59,259 nt of DNA, taken from positions 1 through 59,259 of the forward strand of contig LBOM01000001.1 in assembly GCA_000989515.1 (NCBI GenBank). The letters are read 5' to 3'. This DNA comes from Candidatus Nomurabacteria bacterium GW2011_GWE1_32_28 (GTDB lineage: Bacteria; Patescibacteriota; Minisyncoccia; Phycocordibacterales; UBA9973). Of the stretch, positions 43,896 through 53,777 are shown one piece after another. Numbering within the stretch: position 1 is the stretch's first letter; the number at the start of each line of letters is the position of its first letter. The translations under genes and the position numbers were made by a program. The notes under the pieces were generated by a model. That model saw only the letters and a list, made by a program, of their open reading frames with translations. It had not been told where the DNA came from and did not search any database.

Positions 43896-46439
43896 ATGAG
43901 TTTATATAGTAAAATTTTTGGAGATACAAGTTCTAAATTTATTAAAACAACAAAAAAAACAATAGATAAAATAAATGCTCTTGAGGCAGATATTTTAAAG
44001 TTGAAAGATGAAGATTTTCCTAAAAAAACACAGGAATTAAAAGATAGGTTAACAAAAGGTGAAAATTTAAATGATATTTTACCAGAAGCATTTGCGTTAG
44101 TCAGAGAGGCACAAAAGCGAACATTGGGTATTAGGCTTTACGATGTTCAACTTGTTGGTGGCATAGCATTACATGAAGGCAAGATAGCTGAAATGAAAAC
44201 CGGAGAAGGAAAAACAAATGTTGCTACATTGCCACTTTATTTGAATGCTATAGTTGGAAATGGTGCGCATCTTGTTACTGTTAATGACTATCTTGCACGT
44301 AGAGATGCTGTATTGATGGGTCAGGTTTATAATTTTTTAGGGTTAACTGTAGGTGTTATTAATTCACAAAATGTTTCGTATCTTTATGATTCAAAACATT
44401 TTGAAGAAGACAAAGAGAGAGATAAAATTGGAGAATTTAAAATTATTTATGATTTTTTAAAACCATGTGGGCGAAAAGACGCTTATGCTGCAGATATAAC
44501 TTATGGCACAAACCATGAATATGGTTTTGATTATCTTAGAGATAATTTAGCTACATCAATGAATGACCTTGTTCAAAGAGGACATTATTTTGCAATAGTT
44601 GATGAAGTTGATTCTATATTAATAGATGAAGCTCGTACACCATTAATTATTTCCTCTGCTTCTGGTGACTCTGAAGATTTTTATATCAAATTTTATCAAA
44701 TTGCAAAACAATTAAAAAGAGATACTGATTATGAAGTAGATGAGAAGTTGAAAGCTGTCGCTTTGACCGATGAAGGTATAAATAAAGCAGAAAATTTACT
44801 TGGAGTAGACAATATTTATACTGAAAAAGGTATTAAATATGTTCATCATTTAGAAACCGCAGTAAAAGCGCAAGCTATTTTTGAGCGCGACAGAGATTAT
44901 GTTGTAAAAGAAGGAGAAGTAATAATAGTAGATCCATTTACGGGGCGTCTTCAGCCAGGAAGAAGGTGGTCCGAGGGAATTCATCAAGCCATAGAAGCGA
45001 AGGAAGGAGTAAAGATTGAAAAAGAAACTCGTTCGTCTGGTTCTATTACTTTTCAAAATTATTTTAGATTTTATAAAAAATTATCTGGTATGACAGGTAC
45101 AGCGAATACTTCGTCAGAAGAATTTTTGAAAGTTTATAATTTAGATGTAATAATAATACCTACCAATCGTCTTGTAATAAGAAAAGATCATACTGATTTA
45201 ATTTTTCAAAGTGAAAAGGGTAAATTTCAAGCAATTGCTAAAAAAATTAAAGAATTAAATCAAAAAGGTCAACCAGTTTTAATTGGTACTATTTCAATTG
45301 AAAAAAATGAACTTTTATCTGTTTATTTAAAACAAGAAGGTGTCGCTCATATAATTTTAAATGCAAAGAATCATGAAAAAGAAGGAGAAATAATAGCACA
45401 AGCAGGTCGTAGAAATGCAGTTACTATCGCTACAAATATGGCGGGACGTGGAATAGATATTAAACTCGGAGGTAATCCTTTAGTAAAGGAAGAATATGAA
45501 TTTGTAAAAAGTGCTGGTGGTTTATTTGTGCTAGGTACTGAACGTCATGAAGCTAGAAGAATAGACAATCAGCTACGAGGACGTTCTGGTAGACAAGGAG
45601 ATCCTGGAGAGACTCAATTTTATGTATCACTTGAAGATGATTTGATGCGAGTATTCGGATCCGAAAGAATAAAGACAATGATGGGACGTTTTGGTATCCC
45701 TGATGATATGCCTATTGAAAATCGTTTTATAAATAGATCACTAGAGGGTGCCCAAGCTAAGATAGAAGGTTTTCATTTTGATGCTCGTAAAAATACTCTT
45801 GAATATGATGATGTTATGAATCATCAACGTAAAATTATTTATGAGAGACGACAAAAAATGATGCGTTCTAAAAAGGAAGAGATTGAAGAGTTATTAAATG
45901 GAGTTATTGAAAAAAGAGAAGAAAAAGAAAAAATAAAAACCATAATTGAAGAAAAAAGAAATAAATTAGGGGAGGAATCATTCTTAGAAACAGTAAGAAG
46001 AATCGCACTTTATACTACAGATACTCTTTGGATGGAGCATTTAGAGGCTATGGATTATTTACGTAGTTCTGTTAATTTGAGAGCTTATGGTCAAAGAGAG
46101 CCTATTGTTGAATATAAAAAGGAAGGTTTGCAAATGTTTAAAGAAATGGAAGAAGTTTTTAAAGAACAAGTTCTTTCTCTTGTTGAAACTATAAACATTG
46201 AAGGTGCTGAACGAAGTCGTGAGCAGACTGAAACACCAAAACAGACTTTAATACCTAGTCATGAAGAGGCTTCTCTGTTTTCTGATACAAAAAAGGAATT
46301 ATCTGTTGGTAGTGGGGAAGTCGGTAGAAATGATCCTTGTCCATGTGGATCTATTAATCCATCTACTGGGGAAGTTTATAAATATAAAAAATGTGGATTA
46401 ATAAATGTACCCCAACATCGTAAATCATTAATAAATTAA
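43896..46439 (+). CDS. secA: preprotein translocase ATPase SecA
   Basis: MKTGEGKT, DEVDSILIDEARTPLIIS, TNMAGRGIDI, and C-terminal Zn finger CPCGS...KKCG. Confidence 0.95.
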   Translation: MSLYSKIFGDTSSKFIKTTKKTIDKINALEADILKLKDEDFPKKTQELKDRLTKGENLNDILPEAFALVREAQKRTLGIRLYDVQLVGGIALHEGKIAEMKTGEGKTNVATLPLYLNAIVGNGAHLVTVNDYLARRDAVLMGQVYNFLGLTVGVINSQNVSYLYDSKHFEEDKERDKIGEFKIIYDFLKPCGRKDAYAADITYGTNHEYGFDYLRDNLATSMNDLVQRGHYFAIVDEVDSILIDEARTPLIISSASGDSEDFYIKFYQIAKQLKRDTDYEVDEKLKAVALTDEGINKAENLLGVDNIYTEKGIKYVHHLETAVKAQAIFERDRDYVVKEGEVIIVDPFTGRLQPGRRWSEGIHQAIEAKEGVKIEKETRSSGSITFQNYFRFYKKLSGMTGTANTSSEEFLKVYNLDVIIIPTNRLVIRKDHTDLIFQSEKGKFQAIAKKIKELNQKGQPVLIGTISIEKNELLSVYLKQEGVAHIILNAKNHEKEGEIIAQAGRRNAVTIATNMAGRGIDIKLGGNPLVKEEYEFVKSAGGLFVLGTERHEARRIDNQLRGRSGRQGDPGETQFYVSLEDDLMRVFGSERIKTMMGRFGIPDDMPIENRFINRSLEGAQAKIEGFHFDARKNTLEYDDVMNHQRKIIYERRQKMMRSKKEEIEELLNGVIEKREEKEKIKTIIEEKRNKLGEESFLETVRRIALYTTDTLWMEHLEAMDYLRSSVNLRAYGQREPIVEYKKEGLQMFKEMEEVFKEQVLSLVETINIEGAERSREQTETPKQTLIPSHEEASLFSDTKKELSVGSGEVGRNDPCPCGSINPSTGEVYKYKKCGLINVPQHRKSLIN

Positions 46440-46448
46440 TTTTTATTT

Positions 46449-46661
46449 ATGCAACAATTAGAAATTGTGGGAATTTATAAACATTATAAGGGGGGAGAAT
46501 ATAAAGTAATAGGAATAGCTAAACACAGTGAAACACTAGAAGAATTAGTTGTATATCAAGCTTTATATGGTGACAATGATCTATGGGTACGACCAATCAA
46601 AATGTTTCTTGAAGAAGTTGAATTTAATGGTCAGAAAGTAAAAAGATTTAAAAAAATATGA
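46449..46661 (+). CDS. DUF1653 protein
   Basis: [42 protein letters not shown] overlap with murE. Confidence 0.7.
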   Translation: MQQLEIVGIYKHYKGGEYKVIGIAKHSETLEELVVYQALYGDNDLWVRPIKMFLEEVEFNGQKVKRFKKI

Positions 46662-47908
46662 AAAACTTTTTTAAAAAATCATGGTGGGCTCTTAAACTTT
46701 TTTTTACTAGAATTTATTATAGCAATCCATCAAAGAAATTAAAGATAATAGGAGTGACTGGCACAAATGGTAAGACAACTACAGCTACACTTTTATATAA
46801 AATTTCAACTGAATTAGGATACAAAACAGGACTTATTGGAACTGTGGAAAATATTATAGATTTAGAAGTTTTACCACATGATGAAAAATCTCCTAGCACT
46901 ACACCTGATTCTATTTCCTTAACTAAACTTTTTAAAAAGATGGTAGATGCTGGTTGCGAATATGTTTTTATGGAAGTTTCTTCTCATGCATTAGATCAAG
47001 GAAGAGTTAATGGGATAAATTTTACTGGAGGAATTTTTACAAATTTAACACATGATCACTTAGATTATCATAAAAATTTTCAAAATTATTTTTTAGCTAA
47101 AAAGAAATTTTTTGAAATGCTTCCTAATACTGCTTTTGCTCTTTCTAATATGGACGAAGAACACGGTAATGCAATTTTGGATAAGATTAAAGCTAATAAA
47201 TTCTTCTATGGGTTTGAAGACCTGTCGGGTGTTGGACACCCGACGATAGATTTTTATGGCAGAATTTTGAATTTAGATTTTTCTGGTTTAAAATTAGATT
47301 TTAATGGAGAAATAATAAGTTCTAAACTTTTAGGAAAGTTTAATGCCTATAATTTACTTTCTGTATGGAGTGCTAGTAAGCTTCTTAATTTTGATATGAC
47401 TAAGGTAAATAAAATTATAGAAAAAATAGAACCACCTCGTGGGCGCTTTGAACATTTTTTATCTAAGGATGGAATTATTGTTATCATAGACTATGCACAT
47501 ACACCAGATGCATTGGAAAAAGTTCTTTTAACTATAAAAGAAATTAAACCTGATAATGGAAGGATTATATCTGTATTTGGTTGTGGGGGAGATCGTGATC
47601 CATTAAAACGATCTAAAATGGGAAAGATAGGAGCAAGTTTATCTGATATTGCTATTTTTACTTCAGATAATCCAAGAAATGAAAATCCGGAAAAAATTAT
47701 TGATAACATGAAAAATGATTTAACACATGAAGAAAATCAAAAAGTTGTAACTATTGCAGATCGTCGTTTGGCTATAGAAGAATCAGTAAGATTAGCAATA
47801 AAGGGAGACATTATTCTTTGTGCAGGAAAGGGACATGAAAATTACCAAGAAATAAAAGGAGAAAAAAAGCATTTTGATGATATAGAAGAATTTCGAAAAG
47901 TTATTTAA
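46658..47908 (+). CDS. murE: UDP-MurNAc-L-Ala-D-Glu:meso-DAP ligase MurE, lacking most of the N-terminal domain
   Basis: [12 protein letters not shown]-loop only about 30 aa from the start, [22 protein letters not shown], and DAP-specific TSDNPRNE. Confidence 0.8.
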   Translation: MKNFFKKSWWALKLFFTRIYYSNPSKKLKIIGVTGTNGKTTTATLLYKISTELGYKTGLIGTVENIIDLEVLPHDEKSPSTTPDSISLTKLFKKMVDAGCEYVFMEVSSHALDQGRVNGINFTGGIFTNLTHDHLDYHKNFQNYFLAKKKFFEMLPNTAFALSNMDEEHGNAILDKIKANKFFYGFEDLSGVGHPTIDFYGRILNLDFSGLKLDFNGEIISSKLLGKFNAYNLLSVWSASKLLNFDMTKVNKIIEKIEPPRGRFEHFLSKDGIIVIIDYAHTPDALEKVLLTIKEIKPDNGRIISVFGCGGDRDPLKRSKMGKIGASLSDIAIFTSDNPRNENPEKIIDNMKNDLTHEENQKVVTIADRRLAIEESVRLAIKGDIILCAGKGHENYQEIKGEKKHFDDIEEFRKVI

Positions 47909-47913
47909 ACAAA

Positions 47914-49275
47914 ATGCAAAACTACAAACAACATTTTAAGGGCAAGAAGATTACAGTTATGGGACTGGGGCTTTTGGGTAGGGGGATTGGTTATACTAAA
48001 TTCTTGGCAGAATGCGGAGCTGATTTGATAGTGACTGATCTAAAAACAAAAGAACAACTCAAGGCTTCAGTAGAAGCAATTACGAATTACGAATTACGAA
48101 TTAAAAATAAAAAGAAAATAAAATTTGTTTTAGGTGAACACAGGCTAGAGGATTTTAAAGATAGAGATATGATTATCAAGGCTGCCGGTGTACCGCTTGA
48201 TTCTATTTATATAAAAGAAGCAGAGAAAAATAATATTCCTGTAGAAATGGACGTTTCTTTGTTTGCAAAATGTGTGCCTGAAGTGATGTTGATAGGAGTG
48301 ACAGGTACCAGAGGTAAATCTATGACCACAGCACTTATTTATGAGATTCTTAAACAAAATGAGAAATTCTTGAAGCGTAAAGTTTATATTGGGGGAAATG
48401 TAAGAGGGGTAGCCACTCTTCCTCTTCTTAAAAAAGTAAAAGACGGAGATATTTTAGTTTGTGAACTTGATTCTTGGCAATTACAAGGTTTTGGAGATGC
48501 TAAAATGTCTCCTCATATTTCTGTTTTTACTTCTTTTATGCCGGATCATATGAATTATTATGGTAATTCTATGGAAAGATATTTTGGAGATAAAGCAAAT
48601 ATTTTTAAATATCAAAAAGATAATGATGTTTTGATTGTTCGTCCGCATATTAAAAAAATTATTAAGAAAAAAATAAAATCTAAATTAATTGTAGCAGATT
48701 TAGAAAAAGTGAATGATTTTGATTTTATTGTACCTGGAGAACATCAGAAAGAAAACCTGGCTTGTGCAGTAGAAGTAGCTGAGCTTTTCAAAATTCCTAA
48801 GATAAAAATAAAAAATATTGTTGCTAAATTTAAAGGATTAGAAGGACGATTGCAATATTTAAAAACAATTAAAGGAATAAGAATTTATAATGATAATAAT
48901 GCAACTACTCCAGAAGCAACCATTGCTGGAATCAAAGCTCTTTACCAAGAAGGAAAAGAAGAGAAGATAATTTTAATTTCTGGTGGAGCAGATAAAAACC
49001 TTGATTTGAGTCTTTTCATTAATGTTGTAAATACTTTTTGTAAAGTAATGGTCCTGATACCAGGAAGTGGGACAGAAAGATTAATTAAAAATTACAAATT
49101 ACGAATTACGAATAAAAAAGTAAAAAATTTAAAAGATGCTATAAAAGAAGCTATAAAAATTTCAAAAAGAGGGGATGTTATCCTTTTTTCTCCAGCTTTT
49201 GCATCTTTTGGTCAGTTTAATAATGAATATGAACGTAATGATTTATTTGTAAAAATAATTAAGAAATTGAAATAA
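47914..49275 (+). CDS. murD: UDP-MurNAc-L-Ala:D-Glu ligase MurD
   Basis: KITVMGLGLLGRGIG Rossmann-like N-terminus, GVTGTRGKSMTT, NDNNATTPEAT, SPAFASFGQF. Confidence 0.8.
   Translation: MQNYKQHFKGKKITVMGLGLLGRGIGYTKFLAECGADLIVTDLKTKEQLKASVEAITNYELRIKNKKKIKFVLGEHRLEDFKDRDMIIKAAGVPLDSIYIKEAEKNNIPVEMDVSLFAKCVPEVMLIGVTGTRGKSMTTALIYEILKQNEKFLKRKVYIGGNVRGVATLPLLKKVKDGDILVCELDSWQLQGFGDAKMSPHISVFTSFMPDHMNYYGNSMERYFGDKANIFKYQKDNDVLIVRPHIKKIIKKKIKSKLIVADLEKVNDFDFIVPGEHQKENLACAVEVAELFKIPKIKIKNIVAKFKGLEGRLQYLKTIKGIRIYNDNNATTPEATIAGIKALYQEGKEEKIILISGGADKNLDLSLFINVVNTFCKVMVLIPGSGTERLIKNYKLRITNKKVKNLKDAIKEAIKISKRGDVILFSPAFASFGQFNNEYERNDLFVKIIKKLK
48078..48103 (+). repeat. (AATTACG)x3 heptad repeat inside murD, in frame (ITNYELRI)
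   Basis: aattacg aattacg aattacg aatta. Confidence 0.9.
49090..49113 (+). repeat. AATTACA-AATTACG-AATTACG heptad repeat inside murD, in frame (NYKLRITN)
   Basis: aattaca aattacg aattacg aat. Confidence 0.9.
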
Positions 49276-49278
49276 TAT

Positions 49279-50064
49279 ATGCAAAAATTTGAAATAAAAA
49301 ATAGAAAAGGTTTGAATATTGTTATAAATGTAAGTGTTCCAGAAGTATCAAAAGGTATTTCTTTTTTGCTTCATGGACTTGGGGGATTTAAAGAACAAGA
49401 TCATATAAAAGCTCTTGAGAGTGTTCTTTTTGAGAATAACTATATTGTAATAAATTTTGATGCTACAAACTCAATAGGAGAAAGTGAGGGAAAATATGAA
49501 AATACAACTATGCAGAATCATTATGAAGATTTGTTTGATGTAATAAGTTGGGCAAAGAAACAAGAATGGTACAAAGAACCTTTTATTATAGCTGGGCACA
49601 GTTTAGGTGGGTTTGCTGTTGCAAAATATGCAGAAGAATATCCAAAAGAAGTAAAAGCTTTATTTCCGTATGCTGCAGTTTTTTCTGGAGAAGATAATGT
49701 CAAAACTTCTTATAGATTAAGATCAGAAGAAATAAATAAATGGAAAGAAACAGGGTGGACACATAGAAAAAGTAACTCAAAACCAGGAACAGAAATGAAG
49801 TTACCATGGTCACACATAGAGGAGAGATTAAAACATAATTTAAAAACAAAAGCAGGAGAGATTACCATGCCTATATTATTTGTTGTTGGAGAAAATGATA
49901 CGAGCTGTCCACCTGATGATCAAAGAAAATTTTACGATTTGTTGCCTAAAAATACAGAGAAAGAATTTTATATTATCAAAGAAGCTCCTCATACTTTCCA
50001 TGATTTAGAGCACTTAAATCAGCTGAAAATTATTTTTAATAATTGGTTAAAAAAATTAAAATAA
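49279..50064 (+). CDS. alpha/beta-fold hydrolase
   Basis: Nucleophile elbow GHSLGG, and a late Asp/His (ENDTSCPP, APHTF). Confidence 0.75.
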   Translation: MQKFEIKNRKGLNIVINVSVPEVSKGISFLLHGLGGFKEQDHIKALESVLFENNYIVINFDATNSIGESEGKYENTTMQNHYEDLFDVISWAKKQEWYKEPFIIAGHSLGGFAVAKYAEEYPKEVKALFPYAAVFSGEDNVKTSYRLRSEEINKWKETGWTHRKSNSKPGTEMKLPWSHIEERLKHNLKTKAGEITMPILFVVGENDTSCPPDDQRKFYDLLPKNTEKEFYIIKEAPHTFHDLEHLNQLKIIFNNWLKKLK

Positions 50065-50065
50065 T

Positions 50066-51373
50066 ATGGATTTAGATTTATCAAAAATTAAACATGTTCA
50101 TTTTGTAGGAATAGGTGGGATAGGTATCTCGGCTATCGCTCGTATGATGCTTCATGAGAAAAAGATTGTGACAGGACAAGACATGCAAGAAGGAATCGTA
50201 GTAGAAAGTCTCCGTAAGCTTGGAGCCTTGGTGACGATAGGTCAATCATATGAAAACATGCCAAAAGATACTGAATTGATAGTTTATACTACTGCTATTG
50301 TCACTTATGATTCAGATTTTTTTGCGAAAATAAAAAATGGCAAAATCGAAAGTAAGTCTTATCCAGAGATGTTGGGTGTCGTGACTAAACATAAATATAC
50401 GATAGCTGTGTCTGGGACTCACGGGAAAACTACGACCACAGCCATGATAGCAAAAATTTTAATTGATAATCACAAAGATCCATCTGTGATAGTAGGTTCT
50501 TTATTAAAGGAGACTAATTCTAATTTGGTTATAGGTAATAGTAGTGCTTTTGTAGTCGAAGCTTGCGAATATGAAAGATCTTTTTTAAATTTAAAACCAA
50601 AAATTTTAGTAATAACAAACATAGAGGAAGATCATTTAGATTATTACAAAGATTTGAATGATATAGAAAATGCTTTTTCTCAATTAGTAGAAGAGACAGA
50701 TAGCTATATCGTTTGCAATTTGAATCAAGTATCAGTAAATAATATTTTAAAAAAGAAATACAAAGCAAAAGTAATTAATTATGCAGATTATTTAGACAAA
50801 GTTCCGAAATTGTGTGTTCCAGGGATTCACAATCGTTTGAATGCCGCCGCAGCCTTGGCTGTGTCCAATATTTTTAATATAAAAGAAGAAGATGCTATGA
50901 ATTCTATGGCTAATTTTTCTGGTACATGGAGAAGATTAGAAAATAGAGGGAAGACTAGTGCTGGAACTATCATATACGATGATTATGCGCATCATCCCAC
51001 AGAGATAAAGGCAAGCATTGAAGCTTTGCGTGAGCTTTACCCCAAAGGAGAGAAAAAGATAACTATTTTGTTTCAACCGCATCTTTATAGTAGAACAAAG
51101 GCCCTTTTTAATGATTTTGCGAAATGTTTTAAAGGAGCAGATAATATTTACCTCTTACCTATATTTTTTGCTAGAGAAACCAAAGATGAAAGTATTTCTA
51201 GTGAAAAATTAGCTTCAGCGATAGTTCTCGCAGGGGATAGGGCAAAGGCTTTTCCTGATTTTTCTTCAGCTGAGATATCTATAAAAGAGTTGGAACTAGG
51301 AGAAAACGATGTTTTTGTCACTATGGGAGCAGGAGAGGCTTATAAAGTAGCTGAAAAAATTTTTAAATTCTAA
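50066..51373 (+). CDS. murC: UDP-N-acetylmuramate--L-alanine ligase MurC
   Basis: HFVGIGGIGISAIARMM, AVSGTHGKTTTTAMIA, DDYAHHPTEI. Confidence 0.9.
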   Translation: MDLDLSKIKHVHFVGIGGIGISAIARMMLHEKKIVTGQDMQEGIVVESLRKLGALVTIGQSYENMPKDTELIVYTTAIVTYDSDFFAKIKNGKIESKSYPEMLGVVTKHKYTIAVSGTHGKTTTTAMIAKILIDNHKDPSVIVGSLLKETNSNLVIGNSSAFVVEACEYERSFLNLKPKILVITNIEEDHLDYYKDLNDIENAFSQLVEETDSYIVCNLNQVSVNNILKKKYKAKVINYADYLDKVPKLCVPGIHNRLNAAAALAVSNIFNIKEEDAMNSMANFSGTWRRLENRGKTSAGTIIYDDYAHHPTEIKASIEALRELYPKGEKKITILFQPHLYSRTKALFNDFAKCFKGADNIYLLPIFFARETKDESISSEKLASAIVLAGDRAKAFPDFSSAEISIKELELGENDVFVTMGAGEAYKVAEKIFKF

Positions 51374-51675
51374 AAGAATGATCGATTTTCTTCAAAACAT
51401 AGAGAGGTTTAGTGATTCTTTTGTCCACAAGACTTAAATTATCCTTATTTTAATCTTTTTTGTCAAGTAGTCTTATGTAAAATAACCTTATTTAACAAGG
51501 TATTTTCTATTTGACATATACCAAAATCATTGTTTAACTATTGACTTTTAGTATCTAGTATGCTAAGATATACAAATATTATTATAAATAGATTATTAAG
51601 TCTTTTTGTAGTAATTATTTCGGTTAAAGTTGAATAAAACCATCCAAGAGTTGGCGGAGCATAAACCGCTCAAAT

Positions 51676-52302
51676 ATGAATAAAAATAACTTAATACGAT
51701 TTGCTCAGTCTTTAATTTTCTTGCCTTTTATGACAGGAACGATGCCTTTGGGAGATATTACTAACAATCCTACTGCAGAGACTTTTCAAAATGTATTTAT
51801 CCAAAAACAAAATATTGAAGCTAGTGGTATATTGGCCTTTAACCAGGTTTTTGACCAGAAAGCTAATGATTTAAAAGTAAAAAAAGCGGAAGCTATTGAT
51901 AATTATTTTAAATCTTATAATATGCCACTTTCAGGTATGGGTATGAAAATGGTAGAAGAAGCTCTCAAAAATGATCTTGATTGGCGTCTTTTGCCTGCTA
52001 TCGCTGTGAGGGAATCTACTGGAGGAAAGTTTGAATGTAAAAAAGTTAAAAATAATGCTTTTGGTTGGGGTTCTTGTAAAATTGGTTTTGACTCCAATGA
52101 AGAAGCTATAGAAACTGTTGCTAGAAACTTAGGAGGTAATAATCCTAAAACAGAAAGATATTATGCAGATAAAGACATAAAAGGTATTCTACAAGCATAT
52201 AATCCACCTTCAATAGTGGCTCGTTATGCACATCAAGTTATTTCTATAATGGAATCTATAGGAGATGAAAATCCAATACTAGGAGAAGAAGCTAATTCAT
52301 AA
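51676..52302 (+). CDS. secreted hypothetical protein, possibly a lysozyme/transglycosylase-like cell-wall hydrolase
   Basis: Signal-like N-terminus and the AIAVRESTGG...AFGWG segment. Assignment is weak. Confidence 0.4.
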   Translation: MNKNNLIRFAQSLIFLPFMTGTMPLGDITNNPTAETFQNVFIQKQNIEASGILAFNQVFDQKANDLKVKKAEAIDNYFKSYNMPLSGMGMKMVEEALKNDLDWRLLPAIAVRESTGGKFECKKVKNNAFGWGSCKIGFDSNEEAIETVARNLGGNNPKTERYYADKDIKGILQAYNPPSIVARYAHQVISIMESIGDENPILGEEANS

Positions 52303-52313
52303 AAAATAATAAT

Positions 52314-52397
52314 CAAAAAAACCTAATTATTAAAACTTTTCTGGCGAACAAAACGAAGCCAGTGTCCGCAGGCAAAAAGTTTTATAATTAGGATTTT
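52314..52397. terminator. long AT-armed hairpin with GC-rich core between convergent genes (bidirectional terminator type)
   Basis: aaaaaaacctaattattaaaactttt-[ctggcgaacaaaacgaagccagtgtccgcaggc]-aaaagttttataattaggattttt. Confidence 0.5.
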
Positions 52398-52439
52398 TAG
52401 TTTTCGTAAGTTGAACTTGTGGGGGTTTTAAAATTTATC

Positions 52440-53525
52440 TTATTCTAAATGAATTAAAGTCATTTTATGTTCTTTTGGTTCAAATAGTGTAATTTGGAAA
52501 TTATAGTTCTTTCCAAGTTCTAATTTTTCACGAAGCTTTGTTTCTGTTCCAAAAGTAGAATTGTGGACAAGTCCAGCTACTCCTTCTTTTATTGAAACCA
52601 ATGCTCCATGTTTATTGTATTTTATAACAACACCTTTGATGATATCTCCTTTTTTTAATTTTTCTTCAAATTCTGTCCAAGGATTTTCTTTTAATGCTTT
52701 GATTGAAAGTGAAATTTTTCCATCTTTTTTCTCTATAACCTTAGCCTTAACAGTGTCTCCAACCTTAAATATTGTACGAGGATCTTCGACAAGACCCCAA
52801 TCAAGTTCTGATATGTGAACAAGGCCCTCTAGTCCATCTTCTAGTTTTAAGAATACTCCGAAATCAACAAGTCCTGCAACAGTACATTCTAATTCATCAC
52901 CTATATTGTATTTACTTAAAATTTCCTTTTTTTCTTCAGGGTTATTGTCTTTTTCAGAAAAGATTAATTTACCCTCTTTTGGAAGTGTCGAAATAATCAT
53001 TACTGAAATTTTTTCACCTACTAATTTCTTTAGCTCTTTTAATATTTTATCTTTATCAGAATCTAAAACATGTGGATAATGTTCAGATTTTAATTGAGAA
53101 GCAGGTAAAAATCCTTGTATACCTTGCCATTCTAGAATTAATCCTCCTTTGTTTGCATCTTTTATTTCTAATTCTAAGATAGTCTTTGCTTTTATTGCTT
53201 TTTCAGCATCATTCCAAGTAAGTGCTTGTTTTGCTTCTTTAAGAGAAAGCTCAGTGTATCCATTTTCATTTTCTTTTTCAACGACCTTAGTTTTGATAGT
53301 ATCACCAATCCTTATTTTTTTTATTATATCTTTAGCATTAATGAATTCACGTCCATATATGATACCTGTTCCAAATGGTGACAAATCTACAAAAACTGAT
53401 GATTTTTCTACTAAAATAACCTTACCTTCTATTAGAGAATCAGCTTCAGGTCTTGAAAGACTTCTATCAACTATAGATTTTAATACTAAATTTTCTTGTA
53501 TTACTTCTTCTTTTTCTTTATTCAT
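52440..53525 (-). CDS. rpsA: 30S ribosomal protein S1 (four S1 domains)
   Basis: Repeated S1-domain blocks (G.V..V....VFVDL, GLVHISEL, GVVIKYNKHGALVSI). I moved the start to MNKEKEEV. Confidence 0.85.
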   Translation of the reverse strand: MNKEKEEVIQENLVLKSIVDRSLSRPEADSLIEGKVILVEKSSVFVDLSPFGTGIIYGREFINAKDIIKKIRIGDTIKTKVVEKENENGYTELSLKEAKQALTWNDAEKAIKAKTILELEIKDANKGGLILEWQGIQGFLPASQLKSEHYPHVLDSDKDKILKELKKLVGEKISVMIISTLPKEGKLIFSEKDNNPEEKKEILSKYNIGDELECTVAGLVDFGVFLKLEDGLEGLVHISELDWGLVEDPRTIFKVGDTVKAKVIEKKDGKISLSIKALKENPWTEFEEKLKKGDIIKGVVIKYNKHGALVSIKEGVAGLVHNSTFGTETKLREKLELGKNYNFQITLFEPKEHKMTLIHLE

Positions 53526-53574
53526 GATAATAATTAATTTAAACAAAAACATCCGCAATAAAGCGGACATAAGA

Positions 53575-53660
53575 CTTAGGTTCTAATTGAGATCTTGCGT
53601 CTCGATCAGGGTTACCCTAAATCCATGCTTTTCCGTCTAAGACGGATCAGCTATCAGCTG
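53575..53660 (-). promoter_or_regulatory. structured GC-rich 5' leader upstream of rpsA (five short hairpins)
   Basis: tccgc/gcgga, gagat/gtctc, aggg/ccct, ccgtc/gacgg and tcagc/gctga stems in series. Confidence 0.35.
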
Positions 53661-53777
53661 ATAATATAATTTATATTACTATAGTTTAGTAAAAAAGCAA
53701 GTTTTTATTATTTGTAAATGTTTCTTTTTAAAAAAGAAAAGATGTTTTTTATTTTATTTTTTGTTATAATATATTTG

